Origin: a virus
Taxonomy: Duplodnaviria; Caudoviricetes
DNA: 64,000 nt
Direction: 5' to 3' (one strand)
IMG/VR virus record: IMGVR_UViG_2791354790_000006
Coordinates: 14,941-78,940 of that record
Positions 9,813-20,108 of the stretch are shown here, one piece after another (position 1 is the stretch's first letter; every line of letters starts with the position of its first letter). Below the pieces are notes generated by a model. The model saw only the letters and a program-made list of their open reading frames with translations, did not search any database and was not told the DNA's origin. A program made the translations under genes and the position numbers.

Positions 9813-10015
9813 CGGATGAACTGGACAAGGCCAGCGGCCTTGAGATGGCAGACCGTGAACGGGCATTAAATGCTCAGTTAAACAGGGTTAAAGAATCCCC
9901 TGACACTCCAGGCCACTGCAACGACTGTGGTGACGAAATTGACCCGAAACGACTGGCGGCCATGCCGGATGCCGTGACCTGCATTGACTGCCAGACACTC
10001 AGGGAGACGGCATAA
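9809..10015 (+). CDS. TraR/DksA C4 zinc-finger protein
   Basis: CNDC...RLAAMP...CIDCQ. Confidence 0.88.
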   Translation: MTDELDKASGLEMADRERALNAQLNRVKESPDTPGHCNDCGDEIDPKRLAAMPDAVTCIDCQTLRETA

Positions 10016-10321
10016 ATGGAATGGGAAACCGTAAGAAGTAACTGGGCTGTCATCTGGGCCGGACTGATGTCCGGAATCAATATTATCCACCTGCTGCTGG
10101 TAAAAACCTATGCCCGCCGGGAAGAGATGGAGAAAGTTAACAGCCGGATGAGTGCACTTGAAAAGGCCATCGACGGGATGCCGTCGCGACAGGAACTCCA
10201 CCAGTTGCAACTGGATATGAGCAACCTGCGCGGCGAAATACGGGAGTTCTCCGGAATGCTCCGGCAGGCCACACGTATCAGCGATCTGTTGCTGGAAAAC
10301 GAACTGAAGGAAAAAAATTAA
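10016..10321 (+). CDS. DUF2730 / Mu gp25-like membrane protein
   Basis: N-terminal TM, coiled coil, LLLENEL end; synteny. Confidence 0.7.
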   Translation: MEWETVRSNWAVIWAGLMSGINIIHLLLVKTYARREEMEKVNSRMSALEKAIDGMPSRQELHQLQLDMSNLRGEIREFSGMLRQATRISDLLLENELKEKN

Positions 10322-10327
10322 GAGGCT

Positions 10328-10621
10328 ATGAGCATGCAAGAAATCCTCAACAGCGACCAGCGTCTGGTCATTCTGCGCTCACTGGTGGAGTGCGGAGACA
10401 GCGCAAACGAATCCATTCTACAGACCTGCCTTCAGACTTACGGCCATCGGGTTTCCCGTGACACCGTCCGCACCCTCCTTGCGTGGCTACGTGAACAGGG
10501 ACTCGTCACCCTGTCAGATGTCTCCGGGTGTTACGTCGCCGGCATCACTGGACGCGGTGAAGATGTGGCCTTCGGGCTGGCGACGGTCCCCGGCGTCAAA
10601 AAACCACGTGCGCGGGAGTGA
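10328..10621 (+). CDS. Mu gp26-like winged-helix protein
   Basis: DQRLVILRSL...AWLREQGL...VPGVKKP. Confidence 0.78.
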   Translation: MSMQEILNSDQRLVILRSLVECGDSANESILQTCLQTYGHRVSRDTVRTLLAWLREQGLVTLSDVSGCYVAGITGRGEDVAFGLATVPGVKKPRARE

Positions 10622-10998
10622 CTATGGAACGGGCCAGAATACTTCAAATGTTAATGACCTGCCGCCAGCAGGCGGAACAGTTGCGCCGCCTGTCAGGTCT
10701 GGCGGAACGTCGGGAGTCCGGTGAAATTGGCATATCAGCGAATGCGCTTTTTCAGGCCGCTGTGATCATTGATTCCCTTATCAGTGCAAATGAAAAAGCA
10801 CTGGAAGGCATTGCGCGGCTGGACCGCTCTGAAACCCAGCTTATCGGAGAGCGTGATCAGGTCATCGCCGCACTGGACAGCATGTATGAGGCTGTAACCG
10901 GTGCGCCCCCGGAGTGGAGCAGCGCATTTGGCTTTACGGATGCGATTAACGGCGTGACAGAGCGTATTTTTGAACTGGAGAATATCAGCCATGACTAA
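10618..10998 (+). CDS. Hypothetical protein (Ead-like C-terminus)
   Basis: ETQLIGERD...PPEWSSAFGF motif. Confidence 0.6.
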   Translation: MTMERARILQMLMTCRQQAEQLRRLSGLAERRESGEIGISANALFQAAVIIDSLISANEKALEGIARLDRSETQLIGERDQVIAALDSMYEAVTGAPPEWSSAFGFTDAINGVTERIFELENISHD

Positions 10999-11269
10999 AG
11001 CCCTTAAGCCACTGAGCAGTAGCCAGCGTGACATTATCCGGAAAATGGCCGCCATTCTCGTCTGTGCGGAAATTGAAGTCAGAGCCATTGCGCCACGGTT
11101 TGAAAAATCGACGGGTAAAAAATACAACTCCGAATCCGCTGATTCGTATCTGAACACATTCCTCAACAGCAACCCGGAATATAAACGCGTCTGGAAGTTG
11201 CTGCTGAAAGACAAATCCAGCGTTGAACGTGACTTCCTTGACCGTATGAGGAGGGAGAATGGCAAGTGA
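10991..11269 (+). CDS. Hypothetical protein
   Basis: Overlapping start and stop with neighbours. Confidence 0.6.
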   Translation: MTKALKPLSSSQRDIIRKMAAILVCAEIEVRAIAPRFEKSTGKKYNSESADSYLNTFLNSNPEYKRVWKLLLKDKSSVERDFLDRMRRENGK

Positions 11270-11837
11270 ACGCCAGACGCGCGGACGACCTTCAAAGATT
11301 GATTTGCTCCCGGATGCGGTCCGGGAGCAACTTCATCAGATGCTACGCGACAAACGACATACCCAGGAAGAAATCCGCGAAGCGATTAACGAGTTGATCA
11401 ACGAATATAACCTTCCGGAGGACATGCAAATCAGCCGTACCGGTCTGAACCGCTACGCAAGCCGCATGGAAACGATGGGGTCAAAGATTCGCGCTTCACG
11501 CGAGATGGCTGAAATATGGGCATCAAAACTTGGCTCAGCGCCGACGTCTGACGTCGGAAAATTACTGCTGGAGTTTGTCAAAACACTGGCCTTTGAAACC
11601 TCAATGGAAATGGCTGACAGCGATAAAACTGTCGAACCAAAAGCGCTGGGCCAGCTTGCGCTTGTCGCCCAGCGACTGGAAGCTGCAGCGATGGCAAGCC
11701 ACAAACGCGAGAAAGAAATCCAGCAGGAGTTTGCGAAAAAAGCCGCTGCGGCCGCAGAGACCATTACCCGTTCTGCTGGTCTGTCTGCTGAGACGGCGGC
11801 TGATATCAAACGTCAGATTCTGGGGATTGCAGAATGA
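11259..11837 (+). CDS. Terminase small subunit (Mu gp27, DUF3486)
   Basis: GRPSKIDLLP motif. Confidence 0.85.
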   Translation: MASERQTRGRPSKIDLLPDAVREQLHQMLRDKRHTQEEIREAINELINEYNLPEDMQISRTGLNRYASRMETMGSKIRASREMAEIWASKLGSAPTSDVGKLLLEFVKTLAFETSMEMADSDKTVEPKALGQLALVAQRLEAAAMASHKREKEIQQEFAKKAAAAAETITRSAGLSAETAADIKRQILGIAE

Positions 11838-13417
11838 CGACGATGACGCCGGACAGAACACTCACCAGTCAGTCCGCTGCGGCTATCCTGTCGGGCGAGT
11901 TCGACAAAAGCCAGCTACTGCTTCCCTACCAGAAGCGGTGGATTGCCGACTCCTCTCAACTGAAGATTGCCGAGAAGTCGCGTCGTACCGGTCTGACCTG
12001 GGCGGAAGCGGCTGACGCGGCCCTCAACGGCTCAATGTCGGTGGAGGCTGGCGGGTGCGACACGTTCTACGTCGGCACAACGAAAGACATGGCCCGTGAG
12101 TTTATTGATGCCTGTGCCATGTGGGCGAAAGCCTATGACCGCGCCGCGTCTGGCATTGGTGAAGAAGTGCTGAAGGATGAAGACAAAGACATCCTGGTCT
12201 ATGTCATCCAGTTCGCCAGTGGCTACAAAATCAAGGCGCTGTCGTCTAACCCGTCGAACCTGCGTGGTATGCAGGGTAACGTCATCATTGACGAGGCCGC
12301 ATTCCAGGCTGACCTTGCAGCGGTACTCAAGGCGGCGCTGGCGCTGACAATGTGGGGGAATAATGTTCGCCTTATTTCCACCCACAACGGTATTGATAAC
12401 CTGTTTAACACCATCATTACCGACAGCCGGGCCGGGAAAAAACGCTACTCTGTCCATCACGTCGATATTGAAACGGCCATTGCTGAGGGGCTGTATCAGC
12501 GCATCTGTCAGGTCACAAAAAAAGTCTGGTCTGTGGAAGCCGAAGCGGAATGGCTGGCTAACCTGCTGAGCGACACGGCTACAGAGGAAGATGCCCGCGA
12601 GGAATACTACTGCGAGCCGAAGAACGGCGGTGGCGTCTATATCGCACGTTCCCTGCGCGAACGCGCGGCCAGAGGTCCGACCGTTGTCCTGCGCTTCACT
12701 GGTACGGCTGATTTTAACGCGATGCCGGACGGGCTGCGCCGTGTGGACATGCAGGAATGGCTGGAGACGGTCGTACTTCCCGAACTGGAGAAACTGCCGC
12801 AGAACCTGCGCCACTGTCTGGGGGAAGACTTTGCGCGTAATGGTGACCTGACCGTGTTTGCACCGGTGACAGTCAACGATGACACGACGCGCAACGTCCC
12901 GTTCCTGGTGGAACTCAGCAATGTGCCATTTAAACAGCAGGAGCAGGCGCTGTTTTATATCTGTGACAGGCTTCCCCGCCGTGACGGCATCAAGCTCGAT
13001 GCGCGGGGTAACGGTCAGTATCTGGCAGAACAGGCGGCGGAAAAATACGGTGATGAAGTTGAGCAGGTGCAGCTTTCCGTCAAATACTACCGGGAAAACA
13101 TGCCCCGGTTCCGTGCGGCATTCGAAGACAATGAACTGGTACTGCCAAAACATGAAGATGTGATCACCGACCTCGGCGCAATTCAGCTTTATCGCGGCGT
13201 ACCTGGCATTGATGATGCACGCACTACCGGCACCGATGGCCGCAAGCGTCACGGTGACTCCGCTATCGCTATTTTTCTCGGTTTCCTCGCCAGTCGCGAG
13301 GACTGCCGGCGTTATGAAGTCTACAAGTTAAAGAAACCTTCCCGCCCCGATGAGCGTAATGAACACCGTCAGGTCCGCATCACACGGGGTCTTAAAAATC
13401 AGCGGGGATTACTCTGA
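11834..13417 (+). CDS. Terminase large subunit (Mu gp28)
   Basis: EKSRRTGLTW, IIDEAAF, RHGDSA motifs. Confidence 0.92.
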   Translation: MTTMTPDRTLTSQSAAAILSGEFDKSQLLLPYQKRWIADSSQLKIAEKSRRTGLTWAEAADAALNGSMSVEAGGCDTFYVGTTKDMAREFIDACAMWAKAYDRAASGIGEEVLKDEDKDILVYVIQFASGYKIKALSSNPSNLRGMQGNVIIDEAAFQADLAAVLKAALALTMWGNNVRLISTHNGIDNLFNTIITDSRAGKKRYSVHHVDIETAIAEGLYQRICQVTKKVWSVEAEAEWLANLLSDTATEEDAREEYYCEPKNGGGVYIARSLRERAARGPTVVLRFTGTADFNAMPDGLRRVDMQEWLETVVLPELEKLPQNLRHCLGEDFARNGDLTVFAPVTVNDDTTRNVPFLVELSNVPFKQQEQALFYICDRLPRRDGIKLDARGNGQYLAEQAAEKYGDEVEQVQLSVKYYRENMPRFRAAFEDNELVLPKHEDVITDLGAIQLYRGVPGIDDARTTGTDGRKRHGDSAIAIFLGFLASREDCRRYEVYKLKKPSRPDERNEHRQVRITRGLKNQRGLL

Positions 13418-14985
13418 TGTTTAAACAACTAACCGGAGCCGTTCGTCGGCTGTTCAGTCCTGCCACGGGGGAAGTTGTCACCGTGAACAAGGACGAGCTG
13501 AAACAGACGCAATCCGCAGCGGCGGTAATGAGTGTACGTTCCCCCTCGGCAGGTATCAGCGTTGCCAGTACGCTGAGTCCCGGCAGGCTTGCGGGGATTT
13601 TACGTAATGCAGCCGATGGTCATGCCCGTGATTTCTTCATCATGGCGGAGGAACTGGAGGAACGTGACCTCCACTACGCCAGCGTTTTACGTACGCGCAA
13701 GCTGACGGTTTCCGGGATTGAACCTTCGGTGGAGGCCGGGAGCGATTCCCCTCGTGATGTGGAAATCGCAGATGATATCCGTAATCTCATGGCGCAACCG
13801 CAGGTTCCTGAACTGCTGTTCGATCTGCTGGACGGGCTTGGTAAAGGGGTTGGTGTCTGCGAAATCCTCTGGAATACCAGCACCACACTCTGGAAACCCC
13901 GCGATTATGAATGGGTTGATCCGCGCTTTCTGAAACCTGACCGGGAAACCCTGCGTGATTTCAGGCTACTGACGGACAGGAACCCCATTGATGGTGAACC
14001 ATTGTCACCGGGGAAATTTATCGTCCATAAACCCCGCCTGAAATCCGGTTTGCCCTTGCGTAACGGTCTGGCGCGTCTGGTGGCCGTTATGTATATGCTC
14101 AAGTCCTACACCGTCCGGGACTGGTGGGCGTTTGCTGAAAAATTTGGTATCCCGATTGTAGTGGGTAAATACGGCAACAATGCCAGCCCGGAACAAATCC
14201 AGACATTGCTGGATGCGATTGCATCACTGGCATCAGATGCCGGCTGCGCAATCCCCGATTCGATGAAACTGGAGATGCAGGAAGCGGCGAGCCGTAACAG
14301 CGGTGGCACTCTCTTTAAAGAGATGGCCGAATGGTGTGACGCGCAGATTAGTAAGGCCGTACTGGGGCAGACCATGACCACCGATGACGGCAGTTCACGT
14401 GCTCAGGCGGAAGTCCACAATGGTGTGCGTATGGACATCGCCAAATGGGATGCCTGGCAGTTATCCAACACGCTGTCTGAATTCCTTGTCCGTCCCTATG
14501 TGGATATGAATTACGGGCCACAGGAGCATTACCCCCGCGTCGTTCTGCGCATCAGCAAACCGGAAGACCTTAAGGTACTGGTGGATGCACTGTCGCCACT
14601 GATTGACCGGGGTATGGAAGTTCAGATGTCAGAGATCCGTGACAAATTCGGGCTGTCTGAACCGGAGAAAGGCGCAAAAATTCTGACACCAACGGCGCAA
14701 ATGGCTAACCCACTACCGGCCATGAACCGTGAGCAGACTGCACTTAACCGCAGCCAGCCTGACGCCCTTGATATGATGGTGGATGACGCCATGAAAGACT
14801 GGCAGCGTACCGGCGATGCGTTCACCAGTCCGGTGCTTGCGCTGGCAAAGAACTCTGACAGTTTTGAATCTTTTCTCGCTGGTCTGCCGGCGCTTCAGAA
14901 AGAACTTAATGCGGATGAGTTTGCGACGCAACTGGCGATGCTCTGTTTTAAAGCCCGGTCGCTGGGAGATGTAAACGATGGCTAA
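13417..14985 (+). CDS. Portal protein (Mu gp29, DUF935)
   Basis: FAEKFGIP, SKAVLGQTMTT motifs. Confidence 0.9.
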   Translation: MFKQLTGAVRRLFSPATGEVVTVNKDELKQTQSAAAVMSVRSPSAGISVASTLSPGRLAGILRNAADGHARDFFIMAEELEERDLHYASVLRTRKLTVSGIEPSVEAGSDSPRDVEIADDIRNLMAQPQVPELLFDLLDGLGKGVGVCEILWNTSTTLWKPRDYEWVDPRFLKPDRETLRDFRLLTDRNPIDGEPLSPGKFIVHKPRLKSGLPLRNGLARLVAVMYMLKSYTVRDWWAFAEKFGIPIVVGKYGNNASPEQIQTLLDAIASLASDAGCAIPDSMKLEMQEAASRNSGGTLFKEMAEWCDAQISKAVLGQTMTTDDGSSRAQAEVHNGVRMDIAKWDAWQLSNTLSEFLVRPYVDMNYGPQEHYPRVVLRISKPEDLKVLVDALSPLIDRGMEVQMSEIRDKFGLSEPEKGAKILTPTAQMANPLPAMNREQTALNRSQPDALDMMVDDAMKDWQRTGDAFTSPVLALAKNSDSFESFLAGLPALQKELNADEFATQLAMLCFKARSLGDVNDG

Positions 14986-15772
14986 GCCGGTCAGCGATAA
15001 ATACAGCATTATTCCCCAGGAAGCACTGGCCTGGCTGAAGGCGAAAAAGCTGAAGCCGGGATTTGATTACCGTGATGTCTGGATGGAAGAACACAGCATC
15101 GGCTTTACTGTGGCAAAAATGACGCAGCTTGATTTGCTGGCGGACGTTCGCCAACTCGTGGAGGACGCACTGGAGAACGGCCAGACCTTTGAGCAGTTTC
15201 GCGAGGTTCTTAAACCTATGCTGGTCAAACGTGGATGGTGGGGACAGCAACTGATGGATGACCCCCTGACCGGTGAAACCCGTACTGTCCAGCTCGGCAG
15301 TGACCGCCGGATGCGCGTTATCTATGACACTAATATGCGGACCGCCCGCGCGGCGGGACAATGGCAGCGTATTGAACGGACCCAACGGGCAATGCCTTAT
15401 CTTGTCTACACCGTCGGACCCTCACGTGAGCACCGTGCAGAACATCTGCGCTGGAAGGATGTCTGTCTACCGGTGGACCATCCCTTCTGGCGAACACACA
15501 TGGGGCCGAACGGCTGGGGCTGCAAATGCGGTGCACGGCAAGTCAGCCGGTATGAGTATGAGCAGATGAAGGCCAACGGCACTATCAACACGGAAGCCCC
15601 TGAAGTCCGCACGGTCAGGTGGGTTAACAAACGCACCGGCGAAGAAGAGACCATTCCGGAGGGGATTGATCCCGGCTGGGCGTACAACCCCGGAATCTCC
15701 CGCAGTCGCGAGCTGGATGAACAGCTACGCAGAAAACAGGACGCGTTTGACAGTCATTCGCCACAAAGATAA
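14978..15772 (+). CDS. MuF minor head protein, short form
   Basis: FTVAK, PNGWGCKC, IDPGWAYNPG. Confidence 0.88.
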   Translation: MAKPVSDKYSIIPQEALAWLKAKKLKPGFDYRDVWMEEHSIGFTVAKMTQLDLLADVRQLVEDALENGQTFEQFREVLKPMLVKRGWWGQQLMDDPLTGETRTVQLGSDRRMRVIYDTNMRTARAAGQWQRIERTQRAMPYLVYTVGPSREHRAEHLRWKDVCLPVDHPFWRTHMGPNGWGCKCGARQVSRYEYEQMKANGTINTEAPEVRTVRWVNKRTGEEETIPEGIDPGWAYNPGISRSRELDEQLRRKQDAFDSHSPQR

Positions 15773-15899
15773 AAATCATCCCACAACGCGCGTGGCGGCA
15801 TTAACGATTATTACGTCATGACGGCATATGAAAAAATCGTTAAACGCGCCACAGCGTTTTTAAACGTGTTTTAAACGCGGTTTCATGCCGCGTTTACAG

Positions 15900-15942
15900 T
15901 GAAGCCGGTTAATCCACCTGCATCCCCGTTTCCCCCCACACT
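15900..15942 (+). promoter_or_regulatory. Putative late promoter (head protease)
   Basis: Second copy of TGAAGCCGGTTAATCC, followed by CACACT -10-like hexamer. Confidence 0.6.
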
Positions 15943-15975
15943 GTCCGGAAGTAAACAACGTGACCGGACAACACC

Positions 15976-16932
15976 ATGAACCCGAACAATACGGAACTGC
16001 TGGCGCTCTGCTTTCAGCTTCCTGACCTTACCGATGATGCATTGCCTGAATGGCTGCCGATGATACCGGCGGGAACCTTTACAGGGCGTGATGGCCGTTC
16101 ATGGGTGAACAATAATCCTGAAGCCATCATTCGTGCCTCGATGGCTTATCCAAAGCTCCCGTTTGATATCGAGCACTCCACCGAACTGAAAGGCCCGAAA
16201 GGCGATGAAGCCCCGGCTTATGGCTGGATTGACGGCTATCGCGTCAGTGATGGCGTGGTGGAGGCGCACGTTGAATGGACTGATGACGGCGTGGCGCAGC
16301 TGCGCGGCAAGAAGTATCTCTATTACAGTCCGGCCTTTCGGTTCACTGCGGACGGTCAGGTCACCCGCCTGTCCAGCGCCGCGCTGACCAACAAACCCAA
16401 CCTTGATTTACCCGCACTCAACTCTGAGGAAAACACGATGACCGTACCTGTCCAGATTGTGACAGTACTTGGCCTCGCGGCCACTGCCACAGCAGACGAC
16501 GCAGTAAAAGCCATTCAGCAGATTAAGACCGCCGAGCAGGTGGCGCTTAACCGCGCTGAGAATCCTGACCTGACGAAATTCATTCCGGTAGAGACCCACC
16601 AGTTAGCACTTAACCGTGCGGAAAGTGCTGAAAGCAAACTCAATGAGATTGCCATCAAAGAATCAGAAGCTCTGGTGGACAGTGCCATCGAGTCGGGGAA
16701 AGTCGCACCGGCTAACCGCGAAATGTATCTCGCCACCTGCCGCTCTGAAGAAGGCCGCCAGCGATTCTCTGAATTCGTGAAAGCGGCACCGGTCATTGTC
16801 AGCAAGACCACGACGACCAAAAAAGAAAGCACCGAAGGTCACGCCTCGCTTTCTGACGAAGACCTCGCGATGTGCCGCCATATGGGCATCAGCGAAGAAG
16901 AATTCCTTTCCGTTCGTAAGCAGGAGAAATAA
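15976..16932 (+). CDS. Prohead protease I with internal scaffold Z (probable start 16438)
   Basis: FDIEH, YYSPAF, LTNKPNL; internal GAGG-spaced ATG at 16438. Confidence 0.88.
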   Translation: MNPNNTELLALCFQLPDLTDDALPEWLPMIPAGTFTGRDGRSWVNNNPEAIIRASMAYPKLPFDIEHSTELKGPKGDEAPAYGWIDGYRVSDGVVEAHVEWTDDGVAQLRGKKYLYYSPAFRFTADGQVTRLSSAALTNKPNLDLPALNSEENTMTVPVQIVTVLGLAATATADDAVKAIQQIKTAEQVALNRAENPDLTKFIPVETHQLALNRAESAESKLNEIAIKESEALVDSAIESGKVAPANREMYLATCRSEEGRQRFSEFVKAAPVIVSKTTTTKKESTEGHASLSDEDLAMCRHMGISEEEFLSVRKQEK

Positions 16933-16935
16933 TTC

Positions 16936-17829
16936 ATGCAGGTATCCGCAGAAGTATTGCATGCCCTGACCACCGCACTGAGCGCCGCCTTTACCAAAGG
17001 TGTTGGTCGTGTCAATCCGCAGTATCGATCCATCGCCACGGTTATCCCCAGTTCCGGCGCATCTAACACTTATGGCTGGGTTGAAGACTTCCCGACCATC
17101 AAAGAATGGATCGGGGCGCGTCAACTGAAAGAACTGGCTCAGGCCGGGTATGTCATTACCAACAAGACCTGGGAAAACTCGGTCAAGGTTAAGCGTGAAA
17201 AAATCGAGGACGATCAGATTGGTCAGTATTCCGTGATTGCTGAGCAGCTTGGCCGCGATACCACGATTTTCCCGGACAAACTGTCGTTTGAGTTGCTGTG
17301 CAAAGGCTTCGATACGCTGTGCTGGGATGGTCAGTATTTCTTCGATACCGATCACCCTGTTGGTACATCCACCAAATCGAACGTTGTGGGCGACCCGGCG
17401 ACCGATACGGGTGAGCCGTGGTTCCTGATTGATGCAACGCATGCGCTGCTGCCCATCATTTATCAGGAACGCCGTCCGTTTAACTTCATCGCCCTTGATG
17501 ATCTCACCAGCGAGCGCGTGTTCCTTCAGAACGAATTCGCCTACGGGACCGATGGCCGCAGCAACGTTGGTTTTGGTTTCTGGCAGACCTGTGTGGGATC
17601 AAAAGCCGCACTGAACAAAGCGAACTATGAAGCCGCCGTCTCCGCAATGATGGGTATCACGGACTCTAACGGCGAACCTCTGGGCATGAATCCGACATTG
17701 CTGGTCGTCGGTAAGAATAACCGTGGTGCGGCCAAAGCGCTGATTGAAGCGGTTACGGCTGATGGTGGCGGTTCAAACATCTATTACAAGGATGTTGATC
17801 TGCTGGTCTCTCCTTACGTCAAAGCATGA
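16936..17829 (+). CDS. Major capsid protein T
   Basis: KEWIGAR, DGQYFFDTDHPV, GFGFWQ. Confidence 0.92.
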   Translation: MQVSAEVLHALTTALSAAFTKGVGRVNPQYRSIATVIPSSGASNTYGWVEDFPTIKEWIGARQLKELAQAGYVITNKTWENSVKVKREKIEDDQIGQYSVIAEQLGRDTTIFPDKLSFELLCKGFDTLCWDGQYFFDTDHPVGTSTKSNVVGDPATDTGEPWFLIDATHALLPIIYQERRPFNFIALDDLTSERVFLQNEFAYGTDGRSNVGFGFWQTCVGSKAALNKANYEAAVSAMMGITDSNGEPLGMNPTLLVVGKNNRGAAKALIEAVTADGGGSNIYYKDVDLLVSPYVKA

Positions 17830-17912
17830 CGTCATTACGTAAAAAATCACGTAACGCCGGATTAAGGAGGGGTTAACCCTCCTTTAAACCCACCCTGAAT
17901 GAGGTTTAAAAA

Positions 17913-18506
17913 GTGAGTGGAAAAGTTAATAAGTCAGCCGCTGGTAAGACCGGAACCACTTCGGAAAAGAAAGCCGACAAAGCAACGAAGAATACGACTG
18001 TCCCGGCGCAACCGACACCGGTGGCACCAGTTATTACTGATGACAGTCAGACATCACAACCGACGGTTGCAGCTTCAGATGTCGCATCTGACCCGGAACC
18101 TGTACCCGGTGACGGTGGAATAACGGCTATCCCGGCCACAGTCAGCCTTGTCACCATGCCGGGCGAGAACACGGGTGATGACCTGAGAAAACATCTCTGG
18201 CAGGAAACGCTGGCACATGACCATTCAGAGGCTGTTCGCATTGCTGAAAATGTCGTGGTGCTGGAGGTCCGCGCCATTCCTGAAAATGGTTTTCACCGGG
18301 CAGGCCGATTCTGGCCGCACGATACGGTGCATGTGTTTGTCAGCGATAACCCGGATGAACAGATTCTGGAAGATGCCGGTGGTAAGCCGCTACAGGGTTG
18401 CGTGATCAGCACCGACACAGCCCTGCGTCTGAAGGCTGAAAAGATGCTGATTGTGACCGAACTGGCGACCATTGCCGGGACTGAAGCCAACGTGGAGAGC
18501 GAATAA
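17913..18506 (+). CDS. Mu gp35-like protein
   Basis: GFHRAGRFWP motif; synteny. Confidence 0.6.
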   Translation: MSGKVNKSAAGKTGTTSEKKADKATKNTTVPAQPTPVAPVITDDSQTSQPTVAASDVASDPEPVPGDGGITAIPATVSLVTMPGENTGDDLRKHLWQETLAHDHSEAVRIAENVVVLEVRAIPENGFHRAGRFWPHDTVHVFVSDNPDEQILEDAGGKPLQGCVISTDTALRLKAEKMLIVTELATIAGTEANVESE

Positions 18507-18946
18507 TGGGCATCTACGTAACGCGTGAAGACCTGCTGGCAACCGATGGTGACCGCGTCTGGAACATGGCAATCAACAAAGAGACGCAGCAGCTTGACGA
18601 AGAAAAGATCCAGCGTGCGATTGATGATACTGATGCAGAAATTAATTCCTTTCTGGCAAAGCGTTATCAGTTGCCGCTGAACCTTCCGATCCTGCCGAGT
18701 CCGTTGCGCCGGGCGGCGGTTTCCATCGCGTTCTACTGGCTGTCTGAACGGGACCATCAGATCACCGATGAAATCCAGAAGCGTTACGACGAAGCCCTCC
18801 GCACCCTGCGTGAAATCGCCAACGGCACCCGTGACCTCGGTGTGCCGTCTGACACCCCGGTCCCTGAGACCGACACTGGAAAGCTGATCATCGTCAGTGA
18901 AAACCGTCGTCTGTTCACCCGTAACAACCTGAAAGGGGTGCTGTGA
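18506..18946 (+). CDS. Head-tail adaptor gp36 (DUF1320)
   Basis: INSFLAKRYQLPL motif. Confidence 0.82.
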   Translation: MGIYVTREDLLATDGDRVWNMAINKETQQLDEEKIQRAIDDTDAEINSFLAKRYQLPLNLPILPSPLRRAAVSIAFYWLSERDHQITDEIQKRYDEALRTLREIANGTRDLGVPSDTPVPETDTGKLIIVSENRRLFTRNNLKGVL

Positions 18947-19488
18947 TGGGAATTACTGTCGAGGTCAGAGGAGACCAGAAGCTTCAGGACATTCGCCGTG
19001 CGATTGAGCGACTGGCTGACCAGTCGCTGCAACAGGAGCTACTGGAGAGCATTGGCGCTGTGGTGGAGTCACAGACCCGCCGACGTATCTCCAGCGAGAA
19101 ATCCAGTCCTGCCGGTGAGAAGTGGCAGGACTGGTCTGACAGCTACGCGAAAACCCGACACAGCAACCAGAGTCTGTTACAGGGCAACGGCGACCTGCTC
19201 GACAGTATCCAGTATGTGGTCAGCGGCTCTGTCGTTCGTGTGGGTACGCCGCTTGATTATGGCCGGACGCATAACGAGGGTTTTTCCGGCTCGGTGTCTG
19301 TGTCAGCCCATAAGCGCCTCATCTCACAGGCATTTGGTCGGGCGCTTAAACACGGGGTATGGCAAACCGTGGGGGCGCATAAACGTATGTTAAACATCCC
19401 GCAGCGTGAATTCCTCGGCCTGTCCTCCGGGAACAGTCAGGAACTGCTGCACGTCATCGGGGATTTCTGGAATGAGGTTCTGCAATGA
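18943..19488 (+). CDS. Virion morphogenesis protein (G/gpS-like)
   Basis: IPQREFLGLS motif. Confidence 0.85.
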   Translation: MMGITVEVRGDQKLQDIRRAIERLADQSLQQELLESIGAVVESQTRRRISSEKSSPAGEKWQDWSDSYAKTRHSNQSLLQGNGDLLDSIQYVVSGSVVRVGTPLDYGRTHNEGFSGSVSVSAHKRLISQAFGRALKHGVWQTVGAHKRMLNIPQREFLGLSSGNSQELLHVIGDFWNEVLQ

Positions 19489-20108
19489 GTGAGCGTCCGG
19501 CATTTGTCACCCTGGGCAGCACGGTCAGTGCCGCCGAGAATATTGTTAACTGGCTGAAAGCTGAACTTGAGGGTGAAAAACAACCAGACCGGGTTGAAAA
19601 GTTGGAACGTCACATCGGTCAGTTTAACACCCCGGAACAGGTCAAAAGCTATATGTCCGGGCGTGGCGGCAGTATCCGTATAGCAGCCTTGCGGGTCAGA
19701 AACATCCAGAACCGTCGCGGCATGACCGGCCTTGTGACCTGGGCGGCCTACATCATGATGGCTGATTTCTGGGGATACCCGCGCGATGCCCGCTGTGAGG
19801 TTATCGCCGGACGCCTTGCCCGTCGTATCAGTTGTCGTGAAGCGGCTGCGGGCATGAAGGCTGAGCGTATGGCTGAGAACATTGCCGCTGAAAACCTCTG
19901 GTCGGGTGGCCTGGACAATCTCGGGATCACCATGTGGGCCGTTACATGGGAACAGGAATTCCGTCTTGATGATGAGATAGACCTGTCCACGCTGCCGGAA
20001 TTCCTGCGACTGGGTGCAACCATTGTGGTGAACGGACAGCCGGTAAGCGATGAGCCGCAAATCATAAACGTAAGAGAAGGACAGACTGATGACAAAGAAA
20101 ATGATTAA
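19485..20108 (+). CDS. gp37-like tail terminator
   Basis: Synteny; MWAVTWEQ motif. Confidence 0.65.
   Translation: MSERPAFVTLGSTVSAAENIVNWLKAELEGEKQPDRVEKLERHIGQFNTPEQVKSYMSGRGGSIRIAALRVRNIQNRRGMTGLVTWAAYIMMADFWGYPRDARCEVIAGRLARRISCREAAAGMKAERMAENIAAENLWSGGLDNLGITMWAVTWEQEFRLDDEIDLSTLPEFLRLGATIVVNGQPVSDEPQIINVREGQTDDKEND

Noticed and set aside
12032-13252. 406-aa antisense ORF and similar long shadow ORFs (16663-17442, 20418-21101, 60103-60771)
   Set aside because: They lie opposite conserved genes, with no RBS or recognisable motifs
14978-15772. MuF polymorphic toxin
   Set aside because: Both MuF-type proteins (also 35385-36236) are short forms with no toxin extension or immunity gene
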